From an uncultured Rickettsiales bacterium (GTDB lineage: Bacteria > Pseudomonadota > Alphaproteobacteria > Rickettsiales > CANDYO01): DNA of 64,000 bases. The stretch spans positions 16,998-80,997 of the forward strand of contig CAYHIS010000001.1 of assembly GCA_964356785.1 (NCBI GenBank). The letters run 5' to 3'. The translations under genes were made by a program, and so were the position numbers. The notes below the pieces were generated by a model. The model saw only the letters and a list, made by a program, of their open reading frames with translations. It was not told the DNA's origin and made no database searches. This document shows, one piece after another, positions 46,553 to 57,350 of this stretch. Numbering within the stretch: position 1 is the stretch's first letter; each line of letters begins with the position of its first letter.

Positions 46553-47678
46553 CTTTATTTAAATTTTTTGTTATTGTAAATTTATTATTTGTTAGGTCTT
46601 GTAAATCAAAATTATGATTTTTAAATATAGTTTGAAGATCTGAAAATGAAACATGATAGGTAAATGAAATTAAATATTTCTCAAAACTTATTTTTTTTAA
46701 TAAAAAATTACTGATATATTTAGAGCTTAAAATAGCTTTTTCTATCTCAAGCCAATCAGAATAATCTTTAACCACCACCTCAGCTTCGATATTAAATGGA
46801 TCAGTTATAGTAAAATCAGGATGTAATTTTTTATTATAAATAGAAGCAAAGTCAAAGTTCTTTACTTCCTTAGCAGAGTTTTTAAATAACTGGTTAAGAT
46901 CTGCGCCTTCAAGATCGGAAAAATTATGTTTTTGCCAAATGAAACTATTTTTGTTGATAAAACTTGCTTGCAAAGCAAAGTGATTTGTTGGAGAACTCTC
47001 TAAAACTTCTAATTTTATTAATGCTATATTATTAACATTATATCTTTCATATAATGAAGATAAATCCACGATATCTCTATTAAAGATATTTTGATTTATA
47101 ATTGCTATGTCCTCTAAGTCTCCTAATGGCAAGACGTAATGAGCTTTAAAATCATCGCTGGAAATTATATTGTTCCAGAATTGAAGCCAGCTATTATCAT
47201 CATCTAACCAAGCTGTTTTTCCTTGAGATTTATAAATTGGAATAAGTAGAGTAGTTGTTGGTTCTGCAGGAGTTTTGAAACTTTGATGATTTTCGGCTAT
47301 TTCGGTTATTTGTTCTTTTTCTTTAAAATCCGCTCCTATTGAATTCATAATATCATCAATTTGTTTTTTATTAAATTTTACATTAATTTTTGCAAAATAA
47401 TTAGTTGCTGAGCGTTTTTCATCAGAAAGCTCAAAACCAGATACCGTATTGAGTATTTTATCATCAGAAATAGTTCCCATAGAGGCTGAAGGAAAATGCT
47501 TCTTCACTAAAATAGTAAATGCTTTAATTTGCCCCTCTTCAATAGCCGCGTTTCTTGCAATATTAGCGTTTTTATTGATAGCAGAAATCTTGATTGATTT
47601 TACGATATATACTTCTTCAGCAAATGATATGGATGAAAATACCAAGAATATTAAAGTACAAAATAATTTATTTAACAT
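46530..47678 (-). CDS. Hypothetical secreted protein (possibly DUF2066-like; unverified)
   Basis: 382 aa. Signal peptide MLNKLFCTLIFLVFSSISFAEE. Overlaps the downstream permease start by 23 nt. The family guess rests only on size, the signal peptide and adjacency to a PerM-type gene. Confidence 0.5.
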   Translation of the reverse strand: MLNKLFCTLIFLVFSSISFAEEVYIVKSIKISAINKNANIARNAAIEEGQIKAFTILVKKHFPSASMGTISDDKILNTVSGFELSDEKRSATNYFAKINVKFNKKQIDDIMNSIGADFKEKEQITEIAENHQSFKTPAEPTTTLLIPIYKSQGKTAWLDDDNSWLQFWNNIISSDDFKAHYVLPLGDLEDIAIINQNIFNRDIVDLSSLYERYNVNNIALIKLEVLESSPTNHFALQASFINKNSFIWQKHNFSDLEGADLNQLFKNSAKEVKNFDFASIYNKKLHPDFTITDPFNIEAEVVVKDYSDWLEIEKAILSSKYISNFLLKKISFEKYLISFTYHVSFSDLQTIFKNHNFDLQDLTNNKFTITKNLNKDEQYASF

Positions 47679-47740
47679 ATTATAATTTTGATTAACAATT
47701 ATGACTTGAATTATAAAGCAAGCTATTTTCTATAGCAAGT

Positions 47741-47825
47741 ACCATTTTTTAGAACTAAAGTTTACAGATTCGAGATGTGAGCACACGAATCTTCAATAAT
47801 TTGGATTTATAAATTTAATTATAGA
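47741..47825. repeat. Palindromic element, family B, short copy (core deleted)
   Basis: TAGAACTAAAGTTTACAGATTCGAGATGTGAGC matches the 21472 element right arm (reverse complement). ACACGAATCTTCAATAATTTGGATTTATAAATTTAATTATAGAAATTGGTAT matches the reverse complement of its left arm. The central CTCATGTAC...TGTAC core is missing. Confidence 0.75.
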
Positions 47826-47845
47826 AATTGGTATAACATATTTTA

Positions 47846-47874
47846 TTGAATGATAACAAGTATTTTGTTACAAT
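47846..47874 (+). promoter_or_regulatory. Sigma70-like promoter for kdsD (TTGAAT-N17-TACAAT)
   Basis: TTGAAT at 47846..47851, a 17-nt spacer, and TACAAT at 47869..47874, ending 39 nt upstream of the ATG at 47913. Confidence 0.4.
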
Positions 47875-47912
47875 ACTTGGAGATTTTTATTTCTTAAATT
47901 ATTATTAAACTT

Positions 47913-48884
47913 ATGGTTTGTTCAAAAATAGAAACAGCAAAAACAGTCATTGGCTCAGCAATTGAAGGCTTAGAGGCTTTATCAATTAGCTTAAATGAAA
48001 ATTTCACTCGTTTGATAGATGAGATTCTAGAGCATAAAGGTAGAGTTATTTTAAGTGGCATGGGGAAAAGTGGCCATATTGCGAAGAAAATTGCTGCTAC
48101 TTTAGCTTCTACCGGCACTCCATCTTTTTTCATTCACCCTAGTGAAGCTAGTCATGGTGATTTAGGCATGATCCAGCATAATGATCTAGTTATTTTACTT
48201 TCTAACTCTGGAGAAACAGAGGAGCTAAAAGATATAATCAATTATTGCAAACGCTTTCATATTTTTTTAGTTGCTATGGTAAGAAGATCCGATTCTACAT
48301 TGGGTAATGCAGCTGATTTATGTCTATCTATTCCAGCAATAGCTGAAGCTTTAGAGTTTGACGCACCCACAACCTCAACCACAACGATGTTAGTGTTGGG
48401 AGATGCCATAGCTCTAACCTTGCTTGATAAAAAAGGCTTTAGCCGCAAAGATTTTCAGCTTTACCATCCAGGAGGGCGTTTAGGAGCTACTTTTTACAGA
48501 GTGCAGGATATTATGCATGTTGATTACGCATTACCTATCGCTCATATTGACGATAGCGTAAAAGATACTTTAAATATCATAACTCAAAAGAAATTTGGTT
48601 GCGCCGCTATTTTAGATCATAAACAGAAGTTAGTTGGAGTATTTACGGACGGCGAACTGAGAAGAAACATACATCATAATAATTTATTAGATAAGAAAAT
48701 TTCTGAAGTAATGACAGCTAATCCAGTTACCATTAATGCTTCTAGCTTAGTTGTTGAAGCATTAGATCTAATGAATAGAAAATTAATTACAACAGTTTTT
48801 GTAGTGGATGATAATAATTATTTAAGGGGAATCGTGCATATGCATGATTGCCTTAAGGCAGGAGCTACGCCAGAGTTAAAATAG
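47913..48884 (+). CDS. kdsD: Arabinose-5-phosphate isomerase (SIS + tandem CBS)
   Basis: 323 aa. GRVILSGMGKSGHIAKKIAATLASTGTPSFFIHPSEASHGDLGM, LSNSGETEEL, and CBS pairs at the C-terminus. Confidence 0.9.
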   Translation: MVCSKIETAKTVIGSAIEGLEALSISLNENFTRLIDEILEHKGRVILSGMGKSGHIAKKIAATLASTGTPSFFIHPSEASHGDLGMIQHNDLVILLSNSGETEELKDIINYCKRFHIFLVAMVRRSDSTLGNAADLCLSIPAIAEALEFDAPTTSTTTMLVLGDAIALTLLDKKGFSRKDFQLYHPGGRLGATFYRVQDIMHVDYALPIAHIDDSVKDTLNIITQKKFGCAAILDHKQKLVGVFTDGELRRNIHHNNLLDKKISEVMTANPVTINASSLVVEALDLMNRKLITTVFVVDDNNYLRGIVHMHDCLKAGATPELK

Positions 48885-49873
48885 TGCTTAAATTTAAAAA
48901 TCGTTCAAACATAGTTAAACTTACTAAATATACACTTGTATTTATAGTGTTGCTGACAACTACCATAGTTTTCTACTATATTTTCTTGAACCAAAATAAT
49001 AATATCAGTCATAAAACTACTCATGTAGAGAGTGAGAAACAAGTAAATGAAGTTGAATTTAGAGCTAATAACCCAGATCTTATTGGCGTTAGTGTGGATC
49101 ATGGGCCATATTATATACAAGCAAATGAAATGGAAGAAATTTCAGGTAGGGTATATTTTATAGACCCAAAAGTAAGATTAATGCTTAAACATCTTGATTG
49201 GTTAAGTTTACGCGCAAATAAAGCATATTTGACTACAAAAAATAATCATCTAGAATTATTTGATGATATAAATTCTGACTTAAATAAAGAATATTTCTTT
49301 AAAGGCAATTATGCAGAAATTTTTGCACAAGATTACGTAATTAAATCTGATCAAGATTCATTATTTTTTACTAAAGAATATAATCTCTCATCTGCAAAAG
49401 GTTTTATTGTAAATTATAATGAACAAAAAGCTTTTTTCCATGGGGATATAATAGCAAATATTCAAAGAGAAAAGGATAAATCTAGAATAAATATAGAATC
49501 AGAAAAATTAGATGTATTTTTCCAAAATAAAGAAGCTCATTTCATTGGTAAAGTTGTTTTAGATAAAGATGGCACAAAAGTATATGCTGATAAAATGGTA
49601 GCCTTTGTTAACCCTAAAACAGATCAGATAGAAAAAATTTATGCGTATGATAATGTAAAAATAATTAATGATAAACAAACAGCAACAGGTGATTTTGGGG
49701 AATATATAGTAGCTACTTCTATTTTAACTTTAAAAAATAATGTGAAATTAAAAAAACAGAGGGATGTTGCAGAAGGTGAGTTATTGCATTATAACTTCAA
49801 AACAAAAAAAGCTGATTTAGTTGGAACAAATACCAATAAAAGAGTTCGTGTAATTCTTAAACCAAAACAATAA
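48884..49873 (+). CDS. LPS-export protein, apparent LptC-LptA fusion (N-terminal anchor plus two OstA-like beta-jellyroll halves)
   Basis: 329 aa with a GTG start overlapping the kdsD stop. TM segment YTLVFIVLLTTTIVFYYIF. The C-terminal half INIESEKLDVF...HFIGKVVLDKDGTKVYADKMVAF...IYAYDNVKIINDKQTATGDFGEYI..TSILTLKNNVKLKKQRDVAEGELLHYNFKTKKADL follows the LptA/OstA pattern. No separate lptA follows. Confidence 0.6.
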   Translation: MLKFKNRSNIVKLTKYTLVFIVLLTTTIVFYYIFLNQNNNISHKTTHVESEKQVNEVEFRANNPDLIGVSVDHGPYYIQANEMEEISGRVYFIDPKVRLMLKHLDWLSLRANKAYLTTKNNHLELFDDINSDLNKEYFFKGNYAEIFAQDYVIKSDQDSLFFTKEYNLSSAKGFIVNYNEQKAFFHGDIIANIQREKDKSRINIESEKLDVFFQNKEAHFIGKVVLDKDGTKVYADKMVAFVNPKTDQIEKIYAYDNVKIINDKQTATGDFGEYIVATSILTLKNNVKLKKQRDVAEGELLHYNFKTKKADLVGTNTNKRVRVILKPKQ

Positions 49874-49874
49874 A

Positions 49875-52800
49875 ATGAAAAAATTTAAACTGCCAATAAA
49901 TTTTAAATTTGATGACTTATACGAAACGTCAAAATTAAAGCTACTAGATTTTTATTTTTTAGAATATTTAAAAGATCAGAGCCTAGAACTATATAAAAAT
50001 TTAATTGATTATAGAGAGAATTCTAATGGCTGGAATATAGAATATTCTAAATTAGTGATTGCTATAGCGCCATTCTTAGAAAATTTTATAGCTAATTTTT
50101 TCTCTATTGAAAATGAACTAAATACAACAAAAGAAAAATATAGTCCTTTAGCTAAGGTATATGAATGCAAGAGATTATTTGTTCAGCGTTATGCTCTTAA
50201 AAGCAATAGGTTTGGCGCAAATAACATAGCGCAAATCATGCCTGTTGCCAAAATGATAGAAAGATTTGAACAAGAATTTGCAAAAAATGCTCTTTTTTGG
50301 CTAAATAATAAAATTCAAGACAAGCTTGATGTGGCCACAGATTATGCAATCTGGGCATGCTTGAGCGAAGAGGGAAAAGAAAAACATAAATCTGGCACTT
50401 TATTTAAACTTCCTCAAAAAATAGATTTTGAGCAACTAATTGATTTAAAAACACAACAGCAAGCAGGTATTAAATCATTATATTTAGAAAAATGTCATGA
50501 AAGAAATGGTTTTGGATTAACTGACCCTGGTTGCGGACTCGAATTTGCTGTTGATCAAACTAATTATTGTATAAATTGCCATAATCAAAGCAAAGACTCA
50601 TGCTCTAAAGGTTTAAACGAAAACTTGAAAGGCTGCCCATTAAAAGAAAAAATCTCAGAAATGAATATCTTAAAGTCTAAGGGAAATATTATAGGAGCTT
50701 TGGCTGTGGCCATTATAGATAATCCTATGATTGCTGCCACAGGACATCGAATTTGTAATGATTGCATGAAGGCCTGTATTTACCAAAAACAACAGCCCGT
50801 GGATATTCCGCAAATAGAAACTAGAACTTTAAAAGATGTTTTAGATTTGCCATGGGGTTTTGAAATTTATAGTTTACTTACTCGCTGGAATCCTCTGTCT
50901 TTTTCGAATCCTTATCCAAAAGAAGACACGGGCTCTAAAGTTTTAGTAGCTGGAATGGGCCCTGCAGGCTTTACTCTTTCTCATTATTTACTTAATGAAG
51001 GACATATAGTGGTTGGGATAGATGGACTAAAAATAGAAGCTATTTCTGAGAAACTTCTCAATGAACCAATTAGAGATATTAATGAATTTTTTGAAAATCT
51101 TGATGAGCGGATTGTAGCAGGTTTCGGTGGAGTAATGGAATATGGAATAACCAATAGGTGGAATAAGAATTTTTTATTACTAATAAGACTCTTGCTTGAA
51201 AGACGTAAAAATTTTAAACTTTTTGGATCGGTTAGGCTTGGCAGCAATATAACACCAAAACAAGCGTTTGATACAGGATTTAAGCATATAGCTTTGGCTC
51301 TTGGCGCAGGAAGTCCCAAGCTTCTTGATATGAAGGATACTGTGGCTAAGGGGGTAAGAACGGCATCTGATTTCCTTATGTCTCTGCAGCTTGGTACGGC
51401 TCATAAAAAAGATTCTCTCACTAATTTGCAAATTAGAATGCCTGTTGTTGTAATTGGAGGCGGCCTTACCGCCCTAGACGCCGCCACTGAAAGCTTGGCA
51501 TATTATCCAAAATTGGTTAAGAAATTTGCTCTTTTCTATAAAGATACAAAATTAAACGAGGAAGAGCAGCAGATTGCAGATGAATTCTTTGCTCATGATG
51601 AATTATTTAAAAATTCAGAATCATTACTTAAGAGTTTAAAATCTCTTGGTGGAGCTAAAATAATATATAGAAATAGATTGCAGAACGCTCCAAGTTATAG
51701 GTTAAATCATGAAGAGCTTAAGTTAGGTCTTAGTGAAGGAGTCGAGTTTGTTGAGAATGCCACACCTACAAAAATCTTGTTAGATAAATATGGTTATGTT
51801 TCTGGATTAGAAATATGGCAAGATGGTAAAAAATCTACTATTCCCGCAAAAACTATTCTAATTGCCGCTGGAACGGTTCCTAACGTGATTCTTTCTCAAG
51901 AATTCCCAGAATATCTTCAAAAAGAAGGAAAATATTTCAAAATATTAGAAGATAAATTTATTGCATATAATAATGGTAAAAATTCTATTAGTTTTTTTGG
52001 AGACCTACATCCAGACTATGCTGGTAATGTTGTTAAAGCTATGGCCAGTGCAAAAGCCGGATATCCAGTGATATCTAAGTTATTAAAAAATGATATTGAA
52101 TTTGTAAAAGAAGAATTCTTTAAATTATTATATAATCAACTGACTTCCACCTTAACTCAAGTAAATAGACTTACTCCCAATATTGTTGAGTTAGTGATTA
52201 AATCTCCATTAGCTGCAAGTAACTTTAAGCCAGGTCAATTTTTTAAGCTACAAAATTATGCTAATAATAATCTTCCATTAATGGAAGGAATAGCATTAAC
52301 TGGGGCTAAAGTAGAGAATGATAATATATCAACTATTGTTCTTGAAATGGGTAACTCAAGTAATTTATGTTCTAAACTACAAGTGGGTGAAAAACTAGCA
52401 TTAATGGGCCCCACTGGAAGCCCTACTGAAATTACCTCAAATGAAAATATTATGCTAATTGGAGGTGGTCTTGGAAACGCTGTTTTATTTTCCATTGGAC
52501 AAGCTTTTAGGCAAAATAATTCACAAATATTATATTTTGCAGGCTATAGAAAATTAGAGGATCGTTATAAAATTGAAGAAATTGAAAATGCAGCAGATAA
52601 AATTATCTGGTCCTGTGATGAAGCCATTCTAAAAACAACCAGAAAACAAGATCTTTCTTTTCATGGCAATATTGTTGAATCTATACTTTGGTTTACTAAA
52701 GCAAACCCTGAAAGCCTAAAGAAAATCGATCGCGTCATTGTAATTGGATCAGATAAAATGATGCATGCGGTAAAGAAACATTGCCTTTCTTACTTTAAGC

Positions 52801-53015
52801 CTGGAATCAAAGCTATTGCGAGTATCAACTCGCCCATGCAATGCATGATGAAGGAAATCTGTGGACAATGTTTACAAAAACATGTAGATATAAATACAGG
52901 GATTGAAACTTATGTATTTAGTTGCGCAAACCAAGATCAAGATATTAGACGAGTTGATTTTCTTCATCTTGAAGCAAGATTGTCCCAAAATAGTCTTTTA
53001 GAAAAAACTCTATAA
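49875..53015 (+). CDS. Large multidomain flavo-iron-sulfur oxidoreductase (GltD-like NAD(P)H/FAD module fused to a PyrK-like ferredoxin-reductase module)
   Basis: 1046 aa. Cys clusters CINCHNQSKDSCSKGL..GCP and HRICNDCMKAC. Rossmann motifs VLVAGMGPAGFT and VVVIGGGLTALD. The C-terminal FNR-like domain ends in CMMKEICGQC...FSCANQD (2Fe-2S). Confidence 0.7.
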   Translation: MKKFKLPINFKFDDLYETSKLKLLDFYFLEYLKDQSLELYKNLIDYRENSNGWNIEYSKLVIAIAPFLENFIANFFSIENELNTTKEKYSPLAKVYECKRLFVQRYALKSNRFGANNIAQIMPVAKMIERFEQEFAKNALFWLNNKIQDKLDVATDYAIWACLSEEGKEKHKSGTLFKLPQKIDFEQLIDLKTQQQAGIKSLYLEKCHERNGFGLTDPGCGLEFAVDQTNYCINCHNQSKDSCSKGLNENLKGCPLKEKISEMNILKSKGNIIGALAVAIIDNPMIAATGHRICNDCMKACIYQKQQPVDIPQIETRTLKDVLDLPWGFEIYSLLTRWNPLSFSNPYPKEDTGSKVLVAGMGPAGFTLSHYLLNEGHIVVGIDGLKIEAISEKLLNEPIRDINEFFENLDERIVAGFGGVMEYGITNRWNKNFLLLIRLLLERRKNFKLFGSVRLGSNITPKQAFDTGFKHIALALGAGSPKLLDMKDTVAKGVRTASDFLMSLQLGTAHKKDSLTNLQIRMPVVVIGGGLTALDAATESLAYYPKLVKKFALFYKDTKLNEEEQQIADEFFAHDELFKNSESLLKSLKSLGGAKIIYRNRLQNAPSYRLNHEELKLGLSEGVEFVENATPTKILLDKYGYVSGLEIWQDGKKSTIPAKTILIAAGTVPNVILSQEFPEYLQKEGKYFKILEDKFIAYNNGKNSISFFGDLHPDYAGNVVKAMASAKAGYPVISKLLKNDIEFVKEEFFKLLYNQLTSTLTQVNRLTPNIVELVIKSPLAASNFKPGQFFKLQNYANNNLPLMEGIALTGAKVENDNISTIVLEMGNSSNLCSKLQVGEKLALMGPTGSPTEITSNENIMLIGGGLGNAVLFSIGQAFRQNNSQILYFAGYRKLEDRYKIEEIENAADKIIWSCDEAILKTTRKQDLSFHGNIVESILWFTKANPESLKKIDRVIVIGSDKMMHAVKKHCLSYFKPGIKAIASINSPMQCMMKEICGQCLQKHVDINTGIETYVFSCANQDQDIRRVDFLHLEARLSQNSLLEKTL

Positions 53016-54122
53016 TGAAAACAGAAATAGAAAACTTAATTACCCAAATAAAGCAAACTTTAGAATTGCTAAGGGGGTCTCTTTGACTATGAATCATCAA
53101 TCTTAAAAATTCAGAAACTTGAAGAACAAGCTAATGATCAAGCCCTTTGGGAAGATCCACAAAAAGCGCAAAGAATATTACAAGAAAAAAACCATCTTAC
53201 AGAGTCAATCAATCAATATGACAGTCTAACTCAAAAATTCAAAGATTTAACAGAGCTAATAAACTTAGCTGAAGAAGAAAAGGATCTTGCATTATTAGAA
53301 GAAGCAGAAAAAGATATATTTACTCTTTCTAAAACTGTACAAAAGCTTGAGATTGAGTGTCTTTTTTCATCTGAAGCAGATCAAAAAGATTGTTTTCTTG
53401 AAATTCATGCTGGTGCAGGTGGAACAGAGAGTCATGACTGGGCACAAATGCTTTTACGAATGTATTTAAGATGGGCTGAAAAACATAAATTTAAAATTGA
53501 ATATATTGATCAAATCTCAGGTGAAGAAGCTGGAGTTAAATCTGTGACTATTAAAATCCACGGATATAATGCTTATGGTTTCTGTAAATGTGAAAATGGA
53601 GTTCACCGCCTAGTCCGTCTATCACCCTTTAATGCAGCCGGAAAAAGGCAAACAAGCTTTGCTAGTGTTTTTTCTTATCCTGTGCTCACAGATAATATAA
53701 ATGTTGAAATAAATGAAAAGGATTTAAGAATTGATACTTATCGCTCTTCAGGCGCTGGTGGACAGCATGTAAATACCACTGATAGCGCTGTAAGAATTAC
53801 CCATATTCCTACCTCTATTGTTGTGCAATGTCAAAGCGATCGCTCACAACATAAGAATAAAGCAGAAGCTATGTCTATGCTTAAAGCTAAACTTTATGAT
53901 CTTGAGTTACAGACTAGACAAGAAAAAATAGATAACTTAAATAAATCTAAAACTGAAATAGGTTGGGGGCATCAAATCCGCTCATATGTTCTTCATCCAT
54001 ATAGAATGGTTAAAGATTTACGTACAGACTTTGAGACTAGTGATACTGATGCTATTCTAGATGGCGATCTAGATGAGTTTATGCTTTCCTATCTTAAGTT
54101 TTTAGCTGTAAAGAAACCTTGA
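53015..54122 (+). CDS. prfB: Peptide chain release factor 2, requiring a programmed +1 frameshift at 53084
   Basis: Frame 0 reads MKTEIENLITQIKQTLELLRGSL then TGA (53084..53086). The +1 frame continues DYESSILKIQKLEEQANDQALWEDPQKAQ... and joins the track ORF 53448..54122, which contains SGAGGQHVNTTDSAVRITHIPT and SPF. Confidence 0.95.
53072..53087 (+). promoter_or_regulatory. RF2 autoregulatory +1 frameshift site (SD-like AGGGGG, then CTT TGA C)
   Basis: AGGGGG TCT CTT TGA C is nearly identical to the E. coli prfB site AGGGGG TAT CTT TGA C. Confidence 0.9.
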
Positions 54123-54173
54123 CATTTAGTAAAAATTTTGTATTAATATTTTAAAATTTTATATACATGTTTT

Positions 54174-56018
54174 ATGAAAAATTCCTATGATGTAATTATA
54201 GTTGGCGCTGGCCACGCTGGAGTCGAGGCGGCATCAAGCGCTGCAAGGCTCGGTGCCAATACTTTATTAATTACACTAAAACAAGAAAATTTGGGAGAAA
54301 TGTCTTGTAACCCTTCAATTGGAGGGGTTGCTAAAGGTATAATAGTGAAAGAGGTGGACGCTTTTGGTGGTGTTATGGCCAGAGCTATTGATATGGCTAG
54401 TATCCATTCAAAAATCCTGAACGAAAGTAAAGGGCCTGCAGTTCATGGTCCTAGAGCTCAAGCAGATAGAAAATTGTATAAATCAGCTGTTAAATCTATT
54501 CTAGAGAAAATACCTAACTTAGATATTTTATATGCATCTGTTGAAGATGTTATAGTTGAAAATAATAAAGTATCAGGAGTGGTATTAGGTGATGGAAAAA
54601 TTATATCTGCGCCATCTGTTGTCCTTACAACCGGAACTTTCTTAAATGGTCTTATTCACATTGGAAGAACGCAAATTCAAGCAGGTAGAGTTGATGAAAA
54701 GCCTTCTATAGGTCTAGCCAGCACTTTAAAAAGATTGGATCTTAAATTAGGTAGGTTAAAAACAGGAACTCCAGCTCGTTTAGATGCTGATACTATAAAT
54801 TGGAATTTACTATCTGCACAGCCGGGAGACAATCCTCCCAAGCCTTTCTCGGTTTTGACTGATAAAATAAATGTCCGTCAGATTGATTGCTATATCACTC
54901 ATACCAACGAACTAACGCATCAAATAATTAAAGATAATGCTAATGAATCTCCTATGTTTATGGGAGTTTTTGAAGGAAAAGGCCCTAGATACTGCCCTTC
55001 CATAGAGGATAAAATTACTCGATTTTCCCATAAATCTTCTCATCAGATTTTTCTTGAACCTGAGGGACTTGATACAAACGTAATTTATCCAAATGGCATT
55101 TCTACTTCGTTACCTGAAGATATTCAGTTAAATTTCCTTCGCACAATCCTAGGTCTTGAAAAAGTTTTGATTCTAAAACCTGGATATGCAATTGAATATG
55201 ATTATGTTCATCCACAAGAGATTAAACCAACTCTTGAAACGAAAAAAATTAAAGGCCTCTATCTAGCAGGTCAAATTAATGGCACTACGGGTTACGAAGA
55301 AGCTGCAGGCCAAGGTTTAGTGGCCGGAATCAATGCCGCCTCTAATGAAGACTTCATACTAGACCGCTCTGAAAGTTACATAGGGGTCATGATTGACGAT
55401 CTTATAACTTTTGGTGTAAGTGAGCCTTATCGCGTTCTAACCTCAAGGTCTGAATATAGGTTGTCATTGCGAGCTGATAATGCTGATTTAAGATTATCTT
55501 CTTATGCAATCGCCAAGGGATTGCTTTCATCCGATCAAGAGGCGATGTACAATAATAAATTATCCTTACTTGAAGATAGCCGTAAACTGCTGGATCAATT
55601 ATCAATTACGCCAAGCAAACTATCAGCTTATAATATTAATATCGCTCAAGATGGAATTCATAAAACAGCCTTTAAACTACTTGCTTACCCAAACCTTACA
55701 TTCAACGATCTTTTAAGAATCTGGCCCGAACTTAAAAATATACCTACAAACATTCAAGATTTATTATCTACGGAAGCCAAGTATCGATTCTATTTAACTC
55801 GCCAAACAGATGACATAAAATTATTTAAAGAATATGAATCTTTTAAATTGCCTGATACCATTAGTTATAAAACGATTGATAGCTTATCTAATGAAGTAAA
55901 AGAGAAGTTGGAATTATATCGCCCAATAAACATCGGCGCTGCAAGCAGAATAGCCGGAGTCACACCAGCAGCAATCGTGTCATTAATCGTCTATTTAAAG
56001 AAAGCAAATGGATTATAG
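54174..56018 (+). CDS. mnmG: tRNA uridine-5-carboxymethylaminomethyl modification enzyme MnmG (GidA)
   Basis: 614 aa. [55 protein letters not shown]. Confidence 0.95.
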   Translation: MKNSYDVIIVGAGHAGVEAASSAARLGANTLLITLKQENLGEMSCNPSIGGVAKGIIVKEVDAFGGVMARAIDMASIHSKILNESKGPAVHGPRAQADRKLYKSAVKSILEKIPNLDILYASVEDVIVENNKVSGVVLGDGKIISAPSVVLTTGTFLNGLIHIGRTQIQAGRVDEKPSIGLASTLKRLDLKLGRLKTGTPARLDADTINWNLLSAQPGDNPPKPFSVLTDKINVRQIDCYITHTNELTHQIIKDNANESPMFMGVFEGKGPRYCPSIEDKITRFSHKSSHQIFLEPEGLDTNVIYPNGISTSLPEDIQLNFLRTILGLEKVLILKPGYAIEYDYVHPQEIKPTLETKKIKGLYLAGQINGTTGYEEAAGQGLVAGINAASNEDFILDRSESYIGVMIDDLITFGVSEPYRVLTSRSEYRLSLRADNADLRLSSYAIAKGLLSSDQEAMYNNKLSLLEDSRKLLDQLSITPSKLSAYNINIAQDGIHKTAFKLLAYPNLTFNDLLRIWPELKNIPTNIQDLLSTEAKYRFYLTRQTDDIKLFKEYESFKLPDTISYKTIDSLSNEVKEKLELYRPINIGAASRIAGVTPAAIVSLIVYLKKANGL

Positions 56019-56589
56019 AGAGTATGATGTTCCATGTGGAACGATCGAGAAATATATAAAGTTACTAAAGCAATGGAATAAAAAAATAAATTTAATTTCT
56101 GCGAATGATTTACAAGAGTTAAAAGAAAGGCATGTAATGGATTCGCTGCAACTATTAAAATATATAAATAAAGATCAAGTATTATATGATATTGGGTCCG
56201 GCGCTGGATTCCCAGGATTAATGCTGTCATATGCCGGCGTAAAAGAAGTTCATTTAGTTGAAAGAATTACAAAGAAGGCTAATTTTCTAACGCTTGCAGC
56301 CGCTTTTTCAAAAGATCAGCTACGTATTCATAATTTATCAGCAGAAGATATAAGATGTGATAAATGCGATGTTATAACAGCAAGAGGATTATCCTCATTA
56401 GAAAATATATTTGAAGCAACGCAAAATATTGTTAAAGAAAATACTAGATACATTTTGTTAAAAGGAAGAAATACAGAAGAAGAAATAAAAAAAGCTCTAG
56501 AAAATTGGCAATTTAAGTATATAATACATCAGAGCGTGACATCACCAGATGGATATGTATTAGAAGCGGAGCGACTAGAAAAGAAATGA
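56008..56589 (+). CDS. rsmG: 16S rRNA (guanine527-N7)-methyltransferase RsmG (GidB)
   Basis: 193 aa. WNKKINLIS...RHVMDSL...[11 protein letters not shown]...ITARG. Confidence 0.9.
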   Translation: MDYREYDVPCGTIEKYIKLLKQWNKKINLISANDLQELKERHVMDSLQLLKYINKDQVLYDIGSGAGFPGLMLSYAGVKEVHLVERITKKANFLTLAAAFSKDQLRIHNLSAEDIRCDKCDVITARGLSSLENIFEATQNIVKENTRYILLKGRNTEEEIKKALENWQFKYIIHQSVTSPDGYVLEAERLEKK

Positions 56590-57350
56590 GTAAAATTATT
56601 GCTGTAGTAAATCAAAAAGGTGGAGTAGGAAAGACTACGACGGCAATAAACCTAGCTTCTGCTATTTCTTCAGCAAGAAACAGAGTGCTGCTAATTGATT
56701 TGGACCCTCAAGGAAATACTAGCACAGGAATGGGTGTGGCTCAGAAAAATAGATGGTTAAATTCATATAATCTACTTTTAGATGATATCCACCCCAGTAA
56801 GGTAATAAAAAAAACAAATATACCTAATTTAGATTTAATCGCGGCAAATGTTGATTTATCAGGCGCCGAACTGGAGTTAATAAACCAAATTAGCAGAGAG
56901 TCGGTATTAAAAAATAAAATCGACATGGTGACGAATGATTATGATTATATTTTCATAGACTGCCCACCTTCCCTAAGCATTCTTACAATTAACGCCCTAA
57001 CCGCGGCAAGTTCTGTTTTAGTTCCGCTGCAATGCGAGTTTTTTGCTTTAGAAGGACTGACGCATTTGCTGAAGACTATTAATTTAGTACAGAAAAAACT
57101 TAATCCTAAACTAGCTATAGAAGGCGTATTGCTAACAATGTACGATAGGCGATATAATTTAACTGCCCAAGTTGAAGCTGATGTTAGGGCGCATTTAGGT
57201 GATCTCGTTTTTAAAGTCGTAATACCTAGAAATGTAAGAATGTCAGAAGCACCTTCACATGGTAAGCCCGCTATAATTTATGATTATAAATGTATAGGAT
57301 CGTTAGCTTATATAGAACTTGCAAAAGAACTTTTAGAAAGGAACAAATAA
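56586..57350 (+). CDS. parA: Chromosome partitioning ATPase ParA (Soj)
   Basis: 254 aa. Deviant Walker A NQKGGVGKTTTAINLA. DLDPQGN, IDCPPSL. Confidence 0.95.
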   Translation: MSKIIAVVNQKGGVGKTTTAINLASAISSARNRVLLIDLDPQGNTSTGMGVAQKNRWLNSYNLLLDDIHPSKVIKKTNIPNLDLIAANVDLSGAELELINQISRESVLKNKIDMVTNDYDYIFIDCPPSLSILTINALTAASSVLVPLQCEFFALEGLTHLLKTINLVQKKLNPKLAIEGVLLTMYDRRYNLTAQVEADVRAHLGDLVFKVVIPRNVRMSEAPSHGKPAIIYDYKCIGSLAYIELAKELLERNK

